The notes below the pieces were generated by a model, which saw only the letters and a program-made list of their open reading frames with translations, was not told the DNA's origin and made no database searches. From positions 73,966,001-74,030,000 of the forward strand of contig OX597830.1 of NCBI GenBank assembly GCA_951406725.2: 64,000 nucleotides of DNA, given 5' to 3'. Shown here in pieces: positions 13,528-29,199 of the stretch; position 1 is the first letter of the stretch, and each line of letters starts with the position of its first letter. This DNA comes from Octopus vulgaris (lineage: Eukaryota). Made by a program: the position numbers and the translations under genes.

Positions 13528-13689
13528 CATTCCGAAATATAACAATATATATATATATGTGTGTATGTATATACAGACAATGATTTCCTGTGGATTCTGT
13601 CATGATTGGTAGCGGATGAGATTGAGTTGGCTTTTATTCATTGAAATCCTTATTTTTATTGCTTTGTAAGCGGGGAGGGGTGCTTTTTA

Positions 13690-14050
13690 CAGCTTTTCCG
13701 AGACCTGTGATAAAACGACGCAGTAAACTTGCTTTTTTATCATTTTCATGTCGACGAGTGCTGGATAAACATGTACAAAGCGAGAGAAAGAATGCCACCA
13801 GAAGACCCACATTCACTAGACGAAAGACTGGTTGAGATGTTTCACAGAGAGCCCGGGGTTGCAGTTAGGTCGGGTGGAACACAGTATGGGTTTCCATCGC
13901 AGAGGAAGAAAGATGCGTATGACTCGAATGACATTGCAGTAGTACCACGATTTCAGCCTGTTCTCGGGAGCTGGAGGTTGGTCAATGCAGTAGCGGTAAA
14001 AAAAAGGGAGAGAGCGGAGACAACCCGCCAATGGGCCTAATAATGGAGTA
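13690..14050 (+). pseudogene. Probable decayed RTE-like LINE 3' end (ORF2 C-terminus remnant)
   Basis: Frameshifted peptides KRRSKL.F..HVDECW..., RRP...RRKT and WRLVNAV loosely resemble RTE C-termini. CAACCC...ATGGA at the end resembles the tail at 1030. Weak, by eye. Confidence 0.35.
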
Positions 14051-14434
14051 TATTTCTGAGTGACACCATGCTAATCAATCGAGTGGTCTCTACTTATTAA
14101 GCGGTTTAGTATGTCTATGCGTGTAGTAACAGCAGCCGTGGGAGTACGACTCCATTATCTCTACCAACCATGCATTTATAGAGAGTTAGTCGTTACTGGG
14201 TGGGGTGAAGTTTTACGAGTTCTCCCGAGGTGGTGGGCAGTGGAACCGAACCAGGATTCACATTGTTACGAAGTAAATTTCATGTCCACAGTACCATATA
14301 CTTGTCTACAGACTACGTATGTATCTATCTTATTATTTTTTTCTATTTACCCACTTACATATATATATCTATATCTATATAATATACATATATATATACA
14401 TACTTACATACACACGTACATATATATATGTATA

Positions 14435-14487
<53 letters not shown>

Positions 14488-15233
14488 TGTTTATATTATA
14501 TATAACTATTTTCATCTCTCACTATCATCCCAGTCCACCACGCACCTTCCTCTCTTTCATTTTTTCTTTTTTCTCCTACTTCCTTTCTCGCTATGTATGC
14601 ATGCAAGTGTATGTGTGTGTGTGTGTGTGTGTGTGCGCGTGTGTGTGCGCGCGTGTGTGTGCGCGCGCGCGTGTGTGTGTGTTTCTGTGTGTGTTTACAT
14701 ACATAGAGATAATTTTGTATAACTATCAACCTGTCTATTTATCGATCTATCTATATACATATTTGTGTGAATGTATGTATGTGCATACATATATATATAC
14801 ATACACATGTATATATATATACATACACACACACATATACATATAAATATATATATATATATGCGTGTGTAAGAATATGTATATAAATATATGTGTGTGT
14901 ATACTCACACACACATTTTTGTATAACTGACAACGTGCAGGCAAATTTCACAAATAAAATCGCTCACTGACATATTTAGGTCTCATTTTAAACGAAAACA
15001 ATCATATACGTCCCTCATTCTCCATTACTTCTCTCTCTCTCTCTCTATCTCTGTCACACACATACACACACACACTCTGTCAGTCTCTCTCTCTCTCTCT
15101 CTCTCACACACTTACTCTCCTATAACCTCTAGTTGCTTTTCTGTCTCTCGCACTCATCCTCTCTTTCACAATTACTATATCGCTCTTCTTCACTCCGAGT
15201 ACTTTCACCAGTTTTCTTAACTACAGGTGGCTT

Positions 15234-15299
<66 letters not shown>

Positions 15300-15507
15300 C
15301 ACTACATACATACAAACTCACACCACACACTAACACACTCATGCACAAACACACACACACACTAACACGTTCCCACAACTATGCATCTTGTTATTCTTTA
15401 ATTCCAGGTAAAATCTTTCAAGGTGATATTCTGCACATCGTTCATATGCACATACTATAACATTCGTACATATATACATACAGACATACCACCACACCTA
15501 CATACAT

Positions 15508-15543
<36 letters not shown>

Positions 15544-15576
15544 GTGTATATGTGTGTGTGTGTGTGTACATATATA

Positions 15577-15657
<81 letters not shown>

Positions 15658-15983
15658 TTCAGTTCAAGGACTGCGGCCATGCTGTGGCACCGCCGTTTAC
15701 TTTGCTATACTTTCACTAAGTCTCCTTTGGTTAGTAACATTCGATGAATGAGAGAGTCTTACGTGACTGCCCTCATCTCTGTTTCTTAAAATATATATAT
15801 TTATAGCATGTACATATAAATAGAAATGTATGCATAATATACCTACATCTATATATATATGCATGCATGTATTTGTATGTATTTATGTGTGTATCTATCT
15901 ATCTAACTATATCTATATATATATACATATATCTATATATATATACATACATACATACATACATACATACATACATACATACA

Positions 15984-16019
<36 letters not shown>

Positions 16020-16136
16020 CATATATATATATATATATACGCATATATATGTTCATGTGCCACCTGAGAGGGACTTCAAGTGGCCAACTAACCTGACAGG
16101 AAACACTGCTAAATTTCCACATCGAATGATAACAGT

Positions 16137-16219
<83 letters not shown>

Positions 16220-16410
16220 AAAAACCCCAATAACGTAACAAATAATAGAATGGTCACATCTGAAACGCCTTTCATCATAAGTCTACTCTTTGAGGATAAG
16301 AGCACACCTGGGGCTGAATTCACCGAAGCACAAAAGACACACGATATCAAATACAATACTAAGTAAACAATATACACGGTGAGACGCATACACATAACTA
16401 CGCACCTGCA

Positions 16411-16443
<33 letters not shown>

Positions 16444-16619
16444 TCATACATACATACACACATATACATATATATTTATATGCACATAAGCGTCGACTCA
16501 TATATGTATATACTAGAAATAGACAACTTACGAAGAAAGCCGTTTGTAACGAAAGATGACAGCGCTAAACAGATCACGTGACTGGTAAGTTCTAAATACG
16601 CATACATTCACACACGCAA

Positions 16620-17102
16620 ACATCATAACAACATTTTTGATTCGGGCCCAAGGTCAATAAGATTTGTTTTGTTTTGTTTGGAGGCGATCGGGGGCAAGGT
16701 TAGTCGATACCATTAACCCTATTTACTTAATTGGTGCATGATTTCATCGGCTTCAGAAAAACTGAAAAAAAAAAAAAACACAGTTGAACTTGAGTGTGTT
16801 TTGAAATCTGCCGAAACAAACAACCACAAGGTATTTTGCGCAATTTGTACTATCCACAACAGCCCTTCCCCTAATGAGATTTTTAACAATTACATTCATT
16901 AGTAGAAACAATACGATTAATTAATTATAATTTTTTTTCTTTCAGCTTCTTTACGCTCTGAGTTCAAATTCTGTCAAACCCAACTTTGATTTCCATCATT
17001 TAGGGGACCTATAAAATAATGTCCCACTAACTAAATACGGAGCTTGATGTAACCTCTACTGTCTCCTAAAAAATTCTGATCTCAGTCAAATTTTGAAAAA
17101 AA

Positions 17103-17159
<57 letters not shown>

Positions 17160-17312
17160 TAAATCAAATTCCGCAGAGGTCGACTTTGCCTCTCATCTTT
17201 TCGGGGTCGATAAATTAAGTACCAGTTGAGTACTGGGGTCGATGTAATCCACCATCCCCCTCCCCCAAATTTCAGGCCTTGTGCCTATAGTAGAAAGGAC
17301 TATTATTATCAA

Positions 17313-17372
<60 letters not shown>

Positions 17373-17620
17373 CATTATTATTATTATTATCATTATTATT
17401 ATCATTTTTTATATATATAGGTAGAAGACGCGAAATTTTCAGTGGAGGGAATTTGTTGATTTCTTTGACCCCAATCCTTCATCGGTACTTATTTCATCGA
17501 TCCCGACGGATAAAAGGTGAAGTCGGATTCAGCGAAATTTTATCTCAGAACGTAAAGGCGGACGATGTGCCGTTGAAAATTTTTACCGGCGTCCTAACGA
17601 TTCTGCCATATCGCCGCCTA
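16620..17620. mobile_element. Cluster of four degraded or partial SINE-B copies in both orientations, separated by (ATT)n
   Basis: Core matches at 16950-17100 (+), 17163-17310 (+), 17420-17620 (-) and 16620-16870 (-). Confidence 0.75.
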
Positions 17621-17623
17621 AAC

Positions 17624-17718
<95 letters not shown>

Positions 17719-18016
17719 CAGCAGCAGCATCGTTGCATTCCAACCGTGTCCATCAGGTCTCATGTTTTACATGAAGGATTACATAATAAATATCTCCTTG
17801 GTTTTTATTTAAACAGTTCTGTGTCACTCGGGAGTGGGAGCAATGTTTCGCTGCTATTTCTAGCAACTCGGATTATCAAAAATAGGATCTCCCTCCTTCT
17901 GTTGTCTACGTTGTACGTGTTTGTTTGTTTGTTTGTAGGTTTGGTCACGGTAAAAGCGCATCAATTTATTCGATTGTCCACTTGTTTCGTGTATTGATGT
18001 TTTAATAGAGAACAGT

Positions 18017-18262
18017 GGAGGCGCAATGGACCAGTGGTTAGGGCAGCGGACTCGCGGTCGGAGGGTCGCGGTTTCGATTCCCAGACCCGGCGTTTTGTGT
18101 GTTTATTGTGCGAAAACACTCAAAAGTTCCACGAGGCTCTGGTAGGGGGTGGTGGCGACCCCTGTTGTACTCTTTCGCCCCAACTTTCTCTCGCTCTCTC
18201 TTCCTGTTTCTTGAGTAACGCTGCGATGGACTGGCCCATGAGGGAAACCAGGCCCATGAGCC
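18017..18262 (+). mobile_element. SINE with family-C head and alternative tail (GCGATGGACTGG...GGAAACC.GGCCCATGAGCC)
   Basis: Head matches 10616; tail matches that of 42069 and 59006. Confidence 0.8.
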
Positions 18263-18323
18263 ATATATATATATATATGTGTATATAAATATATATATGC
18301 ATATGTATGTATATATATATATA

Positions 18324-18747
18324 TACTCTTTTACTCTTTTAATTGTTTCAGTCATTTGACTGCGGCCATGCTGGAGCACCGCCTTTTAGTCGAGCAAATC
18401 GACCCCGGGACTTATTCTTTGTAAGCCCAGTACTTATTCCATCGGTCTCTTTTGCCGAATCGCTAAGTGACGGGGACATAAACACACCAGCATCGGTTGT
18501 TAAGCAATGCTAGGGGGATAAAACACAGACACACAAACACATACATATATATATATACATATATACGACAGGCTTCTTTCAGTTTCCGTCTACCAAATTC
18601 ACTCACAAGGCATTGGTTGGCCCGGGGCTATAGCAGACGGCACTTGCCCAAGATGCCACGCAGTGGGACTGAACCCGGAACCATGTGGTTGGTTAGCATA
18701 CATACATATATATATACATACATATATACAAATATATATATATGTTG

Positions 18748-18778
<31 letters not shown>

Positions 18779-18804
18779 ATATATTACCACACAGCCACTC
18801 CTGC
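18324..18804 (-). mobile_element. SINE-A, full length, microsatellite inserted in the tRNA head
   Basis: Reverse-complement homology; head interrupted at about 18697-18785. Confidence 0.9.
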
Positions 18805-18857
18805 ATATATACAAATATATATATATTTGTATATATGTATGTATATATGTATGTATG

Positions 18858-18891
<34 letters not shown>

Positions 18892-19013
18892 TGTATGTAT
18901 GTATATATGTATGTATGTATATATGTATGTATGTATATATGTATGTATGTATGTATATATGTATGTATGTATATATGTATGTATGTATGTATGTATATAT
19001 GTATGTATGTATG

Positions 19014-19047
<34 letters not shown>

Positions 19048-19093
19048 TGTATGTATGTATGTATGTATATATGTATGTATGTATATATGTATG

Positions 19094-19125
<32 letters not shown>

Positions 19126-19141
19126 GATGGATGGATGGATG

Positions 19142-19368
19142 TACCTGAAGGGCTGTGGAAAAGTATGTGCTTCTTATTGTTCGAAAATGTATCGCGAAAG
19201 GCCGGTTTGAAGGCCCAAGTTTCCGTCTTCTTTTAAAGGGCTTGGAAAATTTGAAGGACCGTTGCAATAAGTGTGTGAAATCTGAGAGGGGAATACGTTG
19301 AATATAATAATAACTGATTGATCCTCCTGTATTTTCTTTTACCCAAAGCCAGGAATTTTTCAGTGCCC
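19142..19368 (+). mobile_element. Mariner-derived MITE
   Basis: Retains a transposase C-terminal remnant ([19 protein letters not shown], frameshifted) and a TIR-like end AAAGCCAGGAATTTTTCAG; homolog at 62907-63120. Confidence 0.7.
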
Positions 19369-19401
19369 TCTCTCTCTCTCTCTCGCGCGCGTGTGTGTGT
19401 G

Positions 19402-19476
<75 letters not shown>

Positions 19477-19497
19477 TATTAAATTACACTATATCTA

Positions 19498-19655
19498 CGA
19501 CGGGTTTCTTTGTGCATGCACCCAATAAATCTACTCACAAGGGTTTCATCACCCTGAGAGTATAAGTGAATATATTTGCCTGTGTGACGCACGGTGGGAC
19601 TGAACTTAAACCAACATTGTTGCGAAGCAAGTTTCTTACCCACACGCCCACGATC
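19498..19655 (-). mobile_element. Degraded SINE-A 5' half
   Basis: CGACGGGTTTCTTT...ACTCACAAGG...GTGGGACTGAAC. Confidence 0.6.
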
Positions 19656-20149
19656 TGGTAAACAAATAAATAAATAAATAAATAAATAAATAAAAGACCA
19701 CGTTTGGTAATGAAATGGTTTTAGAAATTCTCTGTCTGGAAAATTAATAAAGATAGGCGGTCATGCTTGGACTGCCTTTGATCATAATCTGTTTGATCAG
19801 AGTTAATTTAGATGGGTTATACAACAATGATTAGCTTAAGTAGTAAAGCGGGTGACTACGTGGATGAGCGACCTGTTAAGTACAGTGACCAAATGTTACA
19901 CATGTATTTTCAATGCAGTCATGTATGTGTATGTATGTATGTATGTATGTATGTATGTATGTATGTATGTATATGTATGTATGTATGTATGTATATATGT
20001 ATATATGTGTGTATGTATGTATGTATATTTGTATTATGTATGTATGTATGAATGTATGTATGTATGTACGTGTCTATCTATCTATCTACCTATCACCCAC
20101 TCTCTCTGTTTCTATATATATATACACACATACATATACACACACACAC

Positions 20150-20224
<75 letters not shown>

Positions 20225-21995
20225 GAGAGAGAGAGTAAGTGTGAGAAAAATAGAGAAGATAGATATACATACGTATATATACATACATACATTGATGGAT
20301 GGTGAGATATAGATGTACTGATATATGTATGCATGTATATACATACATATATACATATATACATATATACATACATCCATATTTATATATATATATATAT
20401 ATATTATTGTGCATGTGAGTGTATGTTTGTGTGTGTGTGTAGTATAATAAAATTCACGTAAAAATCTTGAAGTATGTTACATAAAGCATACATATATATA
20501 AGCATACATGTATGTCTATGTATGTATATATGTATGTATGTCTGTGTATATATGTTTATATGTGTGTGTATGTATGTATATATGTATGTATGTGTATGCA
20601 TGTGCGTGTGCAGGGTGAATAAGGGAGGATGAAGAGAGATGTGAGAGAAAAAGATTACACGGAAAAGATATCTGAAGAGTAGTTGATATGAATGAATGAA
20701 TGATTGGAACGGTATCTGATCACAAGTCTGTCTGTTCGATCAAGCTTAGCCTGGGGCTAAACGACGACGACAACAACAAGAGCAACTCCAATGTCAACAA
20801 CAACAGCAACAGCAACATCAACAACGACAATAAATAAACACAAACAGATGTATGAGAGCGAGAAGCCCTTTCATGTATGTAAACGGCTGAAAACGTTTTA
20901 TTTAAACACAACCAATGTGACGTGAATGGCGAAGAGAGAAGAAAGCCAACCAGCAGAGTGGAGGCAAGATGAATGAAGCAGGTGGAGGAGAGGGAGGAGA
21001 TGGTATAATAGACGAATGAGGAGCAAGAGAAAGGGAGGTAATTTACGATCAAATACAGAGGAAGAGAGAGGAATACTGACATAGAGAGAGAGAGAGAGAG
21101 AGAGAGAGGGGAAGAGCTATCTACAGGGAGAGAGAGTGATATGTAGAACTAATGATATGTATTGAAAGGGAAGGATGAAGAAGCGACAGAGAGAAAGAGT
21201 AAGAGATAGATAGAGAGAGAGAGAGAAAAAAAGCGAAGGAGAAAGGGAAGCAGTGGGAGATAAAAGTTAGTACAAACTGAGTAGAGTACAGATTTCTTGA
21301 GCAGGCATCAGTCAACGAAACCTTGCTACCCATCCAGCCATCCAGTTAGCCAAGAAGACTGGTGGAGAGAAAGGGGAAAAAAAGGAAAAAAAGCAAAAAA
21401 AAAAAAAAAAAGCGGCAAGCAAAGATGAAAGACGAAAAGACAGGCAGTCAGCCACACAGAGAGAAGGATAAAGCGAACAAATGGACTTGTTGCCTTTACC
21501 AGCCACATAACAGGGGTCTCAATCGAACTGGAATGGAAAGAGAGACAAAAAAGGGAGTTATGAGGTTTTTTGTACATGTGAAATATAGTGTGGTGATCTG
21601 AAGTGTATTACTCTGTGTGTGTGTGTGTGTGTGAGAGAGAGCGAGTGAGAGAGAGAGGGTGTGTGTGTGAGTGTGTGTGTGGAGAGTATAAATACAGATA
21701 TATATACATACGTCAATATAGATGGATATATGAAAATATATGTATGTATAAATGTATACATATGCATATCGGTATACGTATAATTATATATATGTATATA
21801 TATATGAGCATATATGTATATATAAATATGCATATGCATATAAGAAGACGTATATGTAATAAGAATGTATACATAAGTATATACATACACACCTATTTGC
21901 TTATATACATATGCTTATATATATATTGATGTATGTATCTAAGAATGTATGAACATATATATATATATCTACATATATATTTATATTCATATATT

Positions 21996-22041
<46 letters not shown>

Positions 22042-22645
22042 CATATATATGCATGTATGTATACATGTATGTATATGTATATGCGTGTATATATAGTGTA
22101 TATATGTATAAAAATATATATCGACAGATGAACACACATTATCATATGTAATACACCCCTGTATGAAGCTATATATATATCTATCATTCTTGGTATTTCT
22201 CTCTCTCTCTCTCTCCCTTTCTCATGCGCATCCACCCACACTCTCTCTCCGTTTTGCATGTGTATGCAACTCTACGTATTTGCATGTAATTATGTATGTA
22301 TGTATGTATGTATCTATCTATCTTTCTACATGTATGTATATATATATATATATATATATAAGCTTATATTTATACGTATATAAACACACACATACACACA
22401 CACACACACACACTCACACACACACACTCAAATGTTTGTGAGTTTGTTTATATGTGTGATCGTGTACGGGTACAAAAGGTACTTTTCGTCCTATATACGT
22501 GCATATTGTCTGTTTATTTATGTGCGTGAGAGATAGAAAGAAAGAGAGTGTGTGTGTGTGTGTATTGAAGCATATATATGCTTATATGTAACAAATATAC
22601 ATCTATATAGGTTTTAAATATATTATAAGAAATTATATATATGTA

Positions 22646-22707
<62 letters not shown>

Positions 22708-22930
22708 TTGATTTTTTGATTTGATTTTTCCAGTTTCAGCTTATGAGCTGTGGCCATGCTGGGGCACCGCCATTTATATATATTATATATATATATATTA
22801 TATATATATATATTATATATATTATATATAACGTGCTTATAACAGCACGAGATGATACATATATATATATATATGTATGTATGTATTTAGGTATGTATAT
22901 ACACATATGCATATATGTGTGTGAGTATGT

Positions 22931-22966
<36 letters not shown>

Positions 22967-23219
22967 AAGTATGCAATTGTAATTATATCCTGGAATGTAT
23001 TAATGATTTGATTCGTTTGGTGATCTGGTTAATATAGATGTATTCATGTATGTATGTGTGTGTGTGTGTATATATATATGTACGTATTTATTATATATAT
23101 GTATATATAAATAAATAAACATACATACACATTCTCATATATACAGAGTTTGGCAAAATGTACATATATATTGCACGCATATAAATGTAGACACAGATAC
23201 AATTTTTGCATACACGTGT

Positions 23220-23276
<57 letters not shown>

Positions 23277-23354
23277 TATATACATACATATATGTACATA
23301 CATGTACATATATGTACATACCTACGTATATACGTATATGTACATGCTTATATG

Positions 23355-23722
23355 GGTACAGGACATTAAATAAAAACGTTGAACACTATGAGAAACGTAA
23401 ACATGTAAACAAAAACTTAGAAGCGAAATGCGACAATCAACATAAAAAAATATTCCCCTTTTTCACCCACATACTTTACTAAAACACACCAAAATATTTT
23501 TAAGAAGCTGTTACTCTGAGTAACAGCTTTTGTAATATTTTTCCTGCTTTTAAATAAAACATATTACTTCACCACCAGTATTCGAGTTCTATATTCTCCA
23601 CCTTGTTTCGCACCTACGTGCTTACTCTGGGATATATTTCACCTGCCCGAGCGTGAAACTAATACACCAGCTTATTGTTTATACACCTGTCTTCGTCTTT
23701 TGTTTTTCTGTAAATTTGAACT
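23355..23722. mobile_element. Composite of (TA)n-associated short repeats with a 12-bp perfect hairpin
   Basis: AAGCTGTTACTC-T-GAGTAACAGCTT at about 23505-23529. 23653-23722 is homologous to the 12507/41000 family. 23605-23632 recurs inverted at about 23910-23940. Confidence 0.55.
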
Positions 23723-23777
23723 ATATACATACATACATACATATATATATATATATACACATATATAAATATATATG

Positions 23778-23857
<80 letters not shown>

Positions 23858-23867
23858 CACACATACG

Positions 23868-23910
<43 letters not shown>

Positions 23911-24046
23911 TCCAGAGTAAGCACATAAATGGGAAGCAAACATACACATACACATATATATACATAGACATATACAAATATGTATATATACAAGTATATA
24001 TACACATGTATAATTGGCAAAAGACGACCATCCCCAAATAATGATA

Positions 24047-24115
<69 letters not shown>

Positions 24116-24426
24116 CATAAACTCACATAGACACTTACCTATACATGCATACATACATATATGAATTATATAAATTCATAGAAATATATATATATATACA
24201 TACATGCATGTGTATATGTACGTATGTGTGTATGAATGAATGGATGGATGAATGGACAGATGGATGAATGGGTGCATGTTCGTATATTAGCATGTATTTA
24301 TATGTATGCATATGTACTTTTTCTGAAAATTATATCCAAAATTTACTACGTTTTTGAATTCGTAAGGAATTTCTAAGTTTATACTTCATATTTCTGTATG
24401 TGTGTGAATACAAGAGTGCCTGTGTA

Positions 24427-24465
<39 letters not shown>

Positions 24466-24523
24466 ATCTGTGCTTCTGTGTGTGTGCGCGTGTGTGAGAG
24501 TGTGTAGATTCATAACTATGCGT

Positions 24524-24585
<62 letters not shown>

Positions 24586-25014
24586 GCATATATATATAAA
24601 GTATAGAAGCCATCTTAATATGGCTTCTATACTTTACATTATCGAGCGATTACTGTTTACATCTCATTCTGAGATTTAATAATGCATATATATATATATA
24701 TATATATTATACACATGCAAATACTATGCATGTACGTACATATATGTACACACACATTCACATACACACGCACATATAATGTATACTTTCACAAAATCCT
24801 GTTTGTGTTCGCGTCATTTCAAATGTTTTCAAACTTAAATATTAGGTCCTAAGTTACACTAATCAACTCACCTTTCCTTCGCGTGGACCCTATCGATTTT
24901 TGGTTTACTCGAACTTAACCCGTTAACAACACCTTGTATACATGCATTCATAGAAACGTACATACATAAATACATATATACATACATGAATTTATACCTA
25001 TATGCACACATACA

Positions 25015-25045
<31 letters not shown>

Positions 25046-25074
25046 GTTCATACATACATACATACATGCATACA

Positions 25075-25105
<31 letters not shown>

Positions 25106-25274
25106 GTTCATACATACATACATACATACATACATACATACATACATACATACATACATACATACATACATACGGGCATGCGAACGTATATATGAGTATG
25201 CGTTCTTTTTAAAAGTTGAAGTTTAACTTCATATGTAATACCGTGAAACTGTCCGCTAACATATAAGAGAACCA

Positions 25275-25312
<38 letters not shown>

Positions 25313-25532
25313 AACGTAATGTGCCCGTCAGAAAATGGTTGCATGTCAGTCACGTAAATTTAAATTGCGTGGACAGCATTGCTATCTTTTAAAGGGTTTC
25401 ATCTAATGTTCACATGCTATTAATATATAGGTCGTGTATTTCGAATTCAAGCGATAAACTAACCACTTATTAGGTGTTCTGTCGAAATTTCCAACCTTAT
25501 GAATTAAACAATATACTTATGTACATACATAT

Positions 25533-25598
<66 letters not shown>

Positions 25599-25671
25599 AG
25601 ATACAAAAGACGAAGGCAGGTGGAGTACAAACAAACAATTATATATATATGTATACACAAAAATATATATG

Positions 25672-25742
<71 letters not shown>

Positions 25743-26248
25743 AATATTTATGTATACAAGTTCACAAGCAATTAACAATGTGTGTATGTGTGTACTCATA
25801 TGTATCTAAATATATGTCGAAGTGCATGCATATGTTTGCATGAATATATGCGTGTGTGTATTAGTCTGTATTTGTATGTGCGTACATAAAATGTGTGCGC
25901 ATGAGATTCTGCAGTCATCTGTATTCCAGTCAAAGCGAGTTTGCTGTTCCTTTTTTTTTTTTTTGGTAAGGTCGGTACGATTTCTTTTTTCTTGCCGTTT
26001 TCCCTTTTTCTTGTTTAATAAATATCCACCTTCGTTCAGACATTTACTTTGTACGTACAGACATACACATTTACATACATGCATACACAGTACAAATGAA
26101 ATATATAATAGATATTACATAAAATATTTTTTGAAATTATATTACGAACTGAACTACTCTACTGAAAATTTCTGAGCATTTAATTCAATATGAACAAATC
26201 TGAATGATATTGAATAAATATGAAATGTGTATGCGTATACATACATTC

Positions 26249-26375
<127 letters not shown>

Positions 26376-26376
26376 A

Positions 26377-26421
<45 letters not shown>

Positions 26422-26441
26422 GTGTGTGCATGTATATGTAA

Positions 26442-26479
<38 letters not shown>

Positions 26480-26624
26480 CTGTATGTATGTATGCATGTG
26501 TGTGTGTGTGTGTGTGTCTTCGTACATATGTACATACATACATACGTAAATACATACAGACATATTTACGCACACTCACAAACACACACACAGACATACA
26601 CACGCACATATGTATATATATACA

Positions 26625-26740
26625 TGTTTGCGGGTTCAGTCCCACAGCGTGGCAACTTGTCCAGATGTCTACTATAGCCTCGAGACAATCAGACTCTTGT
26701 GAGTAAATTTCGTAAACGGCAACTGAGAGAAGCCCGATAT
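26625..26740 (+). mobile_element. SINE-A fragment
   Basis: GGGTTCAGTCCCACAGCGTGGCA...ACTATAGCCTCG...GAAGCCCG. Confidence 0.7.
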
Positions 26741-26758
26741 TTATGTATTGAGAAACCC

Positions 26759-26789
<31 letters not shown>

Positions 26790-27024
26790 TACACTCACTC
26801 AAAAAAAAGAGAGTTTGACTGAAAGGTAGACACATTAATGCTTGCCTTTTCTTAGTTTTATATAAAACGAAACGAATTTAGTATCAAATTGAAAAATTAA
26901 TTAAATCGAGTTATTGGAACATAATTTCCTTAAAAATATACTCCATTCGAAGCGTAGCGCTCCCCAATGACTTGGAATTTTCGCTCTACAAACTGATATA
27001 ATATGCACATACATACATATATAC

Positions 27025-27224
27025 ATTCTTTTATTCATTTATTCTTTTACTTGTTTCAGTCATCTGACTTCGGCCATGCTGGAGCACTACCTTTAGTCGA
27101 ACAAATCGACCCCAGGACAAATCCTTGTAAACCTAGTATTTATTTTATCGGTCTCTTTTGCCGTACTGCTCAGAGATAGGGACGTAAACACACCAGCATT
27201 ATTTGTCAAGCGATGGCGGGTGGA

Positions 27225-27265
<41 letters not shown>

Positions 27266-27444
27266 ACACACACAAACATACGACGGGATTCTTTCAGTTT
27301 TCTTCTACCCCATCGACACACCAGGCTTTGGTTAACCCGAAGCTATAGTAGAAAACACTTGCCCAAGGTGCCACGAAGTGAGGCTGAACTCAGAACCATG
27401 TGGTTGGCAAGCAATCTACTTACCACGCAGCCACTCCTGCGCCT
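27025..27444 (-). mobile_element. SINE-A, full length
   Basis: Reverse-complement homology to 272-704. Confidence 0.88.
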
Positions 27445-27981
27445 ATATGTATGTATGTATATATATCCGTATTCGGGCCATATTTATGGCATCCCCAGAT
27501 CTAATCTTTAATTGATTATAATGAGTCTAGTATACATATTCTATACATATTCTATTGTTTAGTAATTGTATTATAATATTTTGTTACTGTTTCTTACTGG
27601 CAAATTTCTCGTAAACCTAGTTAGAAAGACGAAAACCCAGACTTACGTACATTCATATACACACCAACTCGCATGCATTTATGACATACATGCATATATG
27701 TTTGTATATAAATATGTGTGTATGTGTGTATGTATATATATATATGAGGTTTTCATTTTTGTTAAATGAATAAATAATTCAACATTCTAATATCCGAAAG
27801 GTGATGAACCAACTAAATTGTTTCTCCATTTTCATATATATATATATAAATACATACATAAATATATACATATATGTACATATAGTTTTATATATATATA
27901 TTTATGTATATGCATGTATATTAATATTAATGCTATTTTATAATATAAATATATAAGTACTTATATATGTATGTATGTATT

Positions 27982-28013
<32 letters not shown>

Positions 28014-28379
28014 CGTGTGTGTGTGTGTGTGTGTCTGTCTGTCTGTCTGTCTGTAAGTATATACATATATATATATATGTAAGTATATGTGTGTGTGTGT
28101 GTTTGTTAATGCAATAGAAACAATTGTCGGCCTTATAAGGTTATATCTATAATAAAAAGTTGTAATTTTGTCTATACGTATATTTTGCTCTGAATTGTTC
28201 GGAATTCTGCCAAAGGATCTTGGGATTTGGCTATCATGCATAAAGATTTACCCGGGACTTATAATCTACTTACATTTACTGTTGTCTAATTGTTCAAAAT
28301 TGGTAACAAACTTCTTCTAACGCTGAGTGATTTGTTGATAACTGATATTAAAATCCCTCTTCTTTTTCTTAGGTGTGTT

Positions 28380-28440
<61 letters not shown>

Positions 28441-28511
28441 GCATATGCATATATATATAAATGAGTACTTCATTTCTTCTGATATAAAATACCTTACATC
28501 ATCTCCAAACC

Positions 28512-28570
<59 letters not shown>

Positions 28571-28729
28571 ACACATATATATACATATATATACATATAT
28601 ATATGCTTAAACCAATATATATATATTCATATATTTATATATATATATGTAAGTACGTGTGTGTTTGCATGTGAGTGTGTGTGTGTATATATATATATTT
28701 ATATATATATATATGTATATATATATATT

Positions 28730-28764
<35 letters not shown>

Positions 28765-28777
28765 GTGTGTGTGTGTG

Positions 28778-28812
<35 letters not shown>

Positions 28813-29088
28813 CACCGCAATTCAGTGTATACCTTTATATATGAATCAAAACAATACTGTGACACTACGCACCTTACCATTGTGTATCAAGCTTTAATAT
28901 CTACAAACTTGAGTCAAAATATCTCGGTAAAGTAGCAGGTGGAAACGTGTTGATTCATGGTTCGCTCCTCACCCTGTAGCAATATTAGATTCTAGTATAA
29001 ATGAATATATTTTTATCGCTTATGTCACACTTGTAACGTGTTTTATCAGTTTGTATACCTGCTCACCTATGTACATTTGTAGGCATAA

Positions 29089-29174
<86 letters not shown>

Positions 29175-29199
29175 TGTCTTCTGTACCGAAAACATGCAG

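Noticed and set aside
13729-14040. 103-aa complex ORF as a host exon
   Set aside because: No recognisable domain or clear splice context, a non-ATG start, and better explained as a decayed LINE end. RNA-seq or BLASTx would be needed to revive it.
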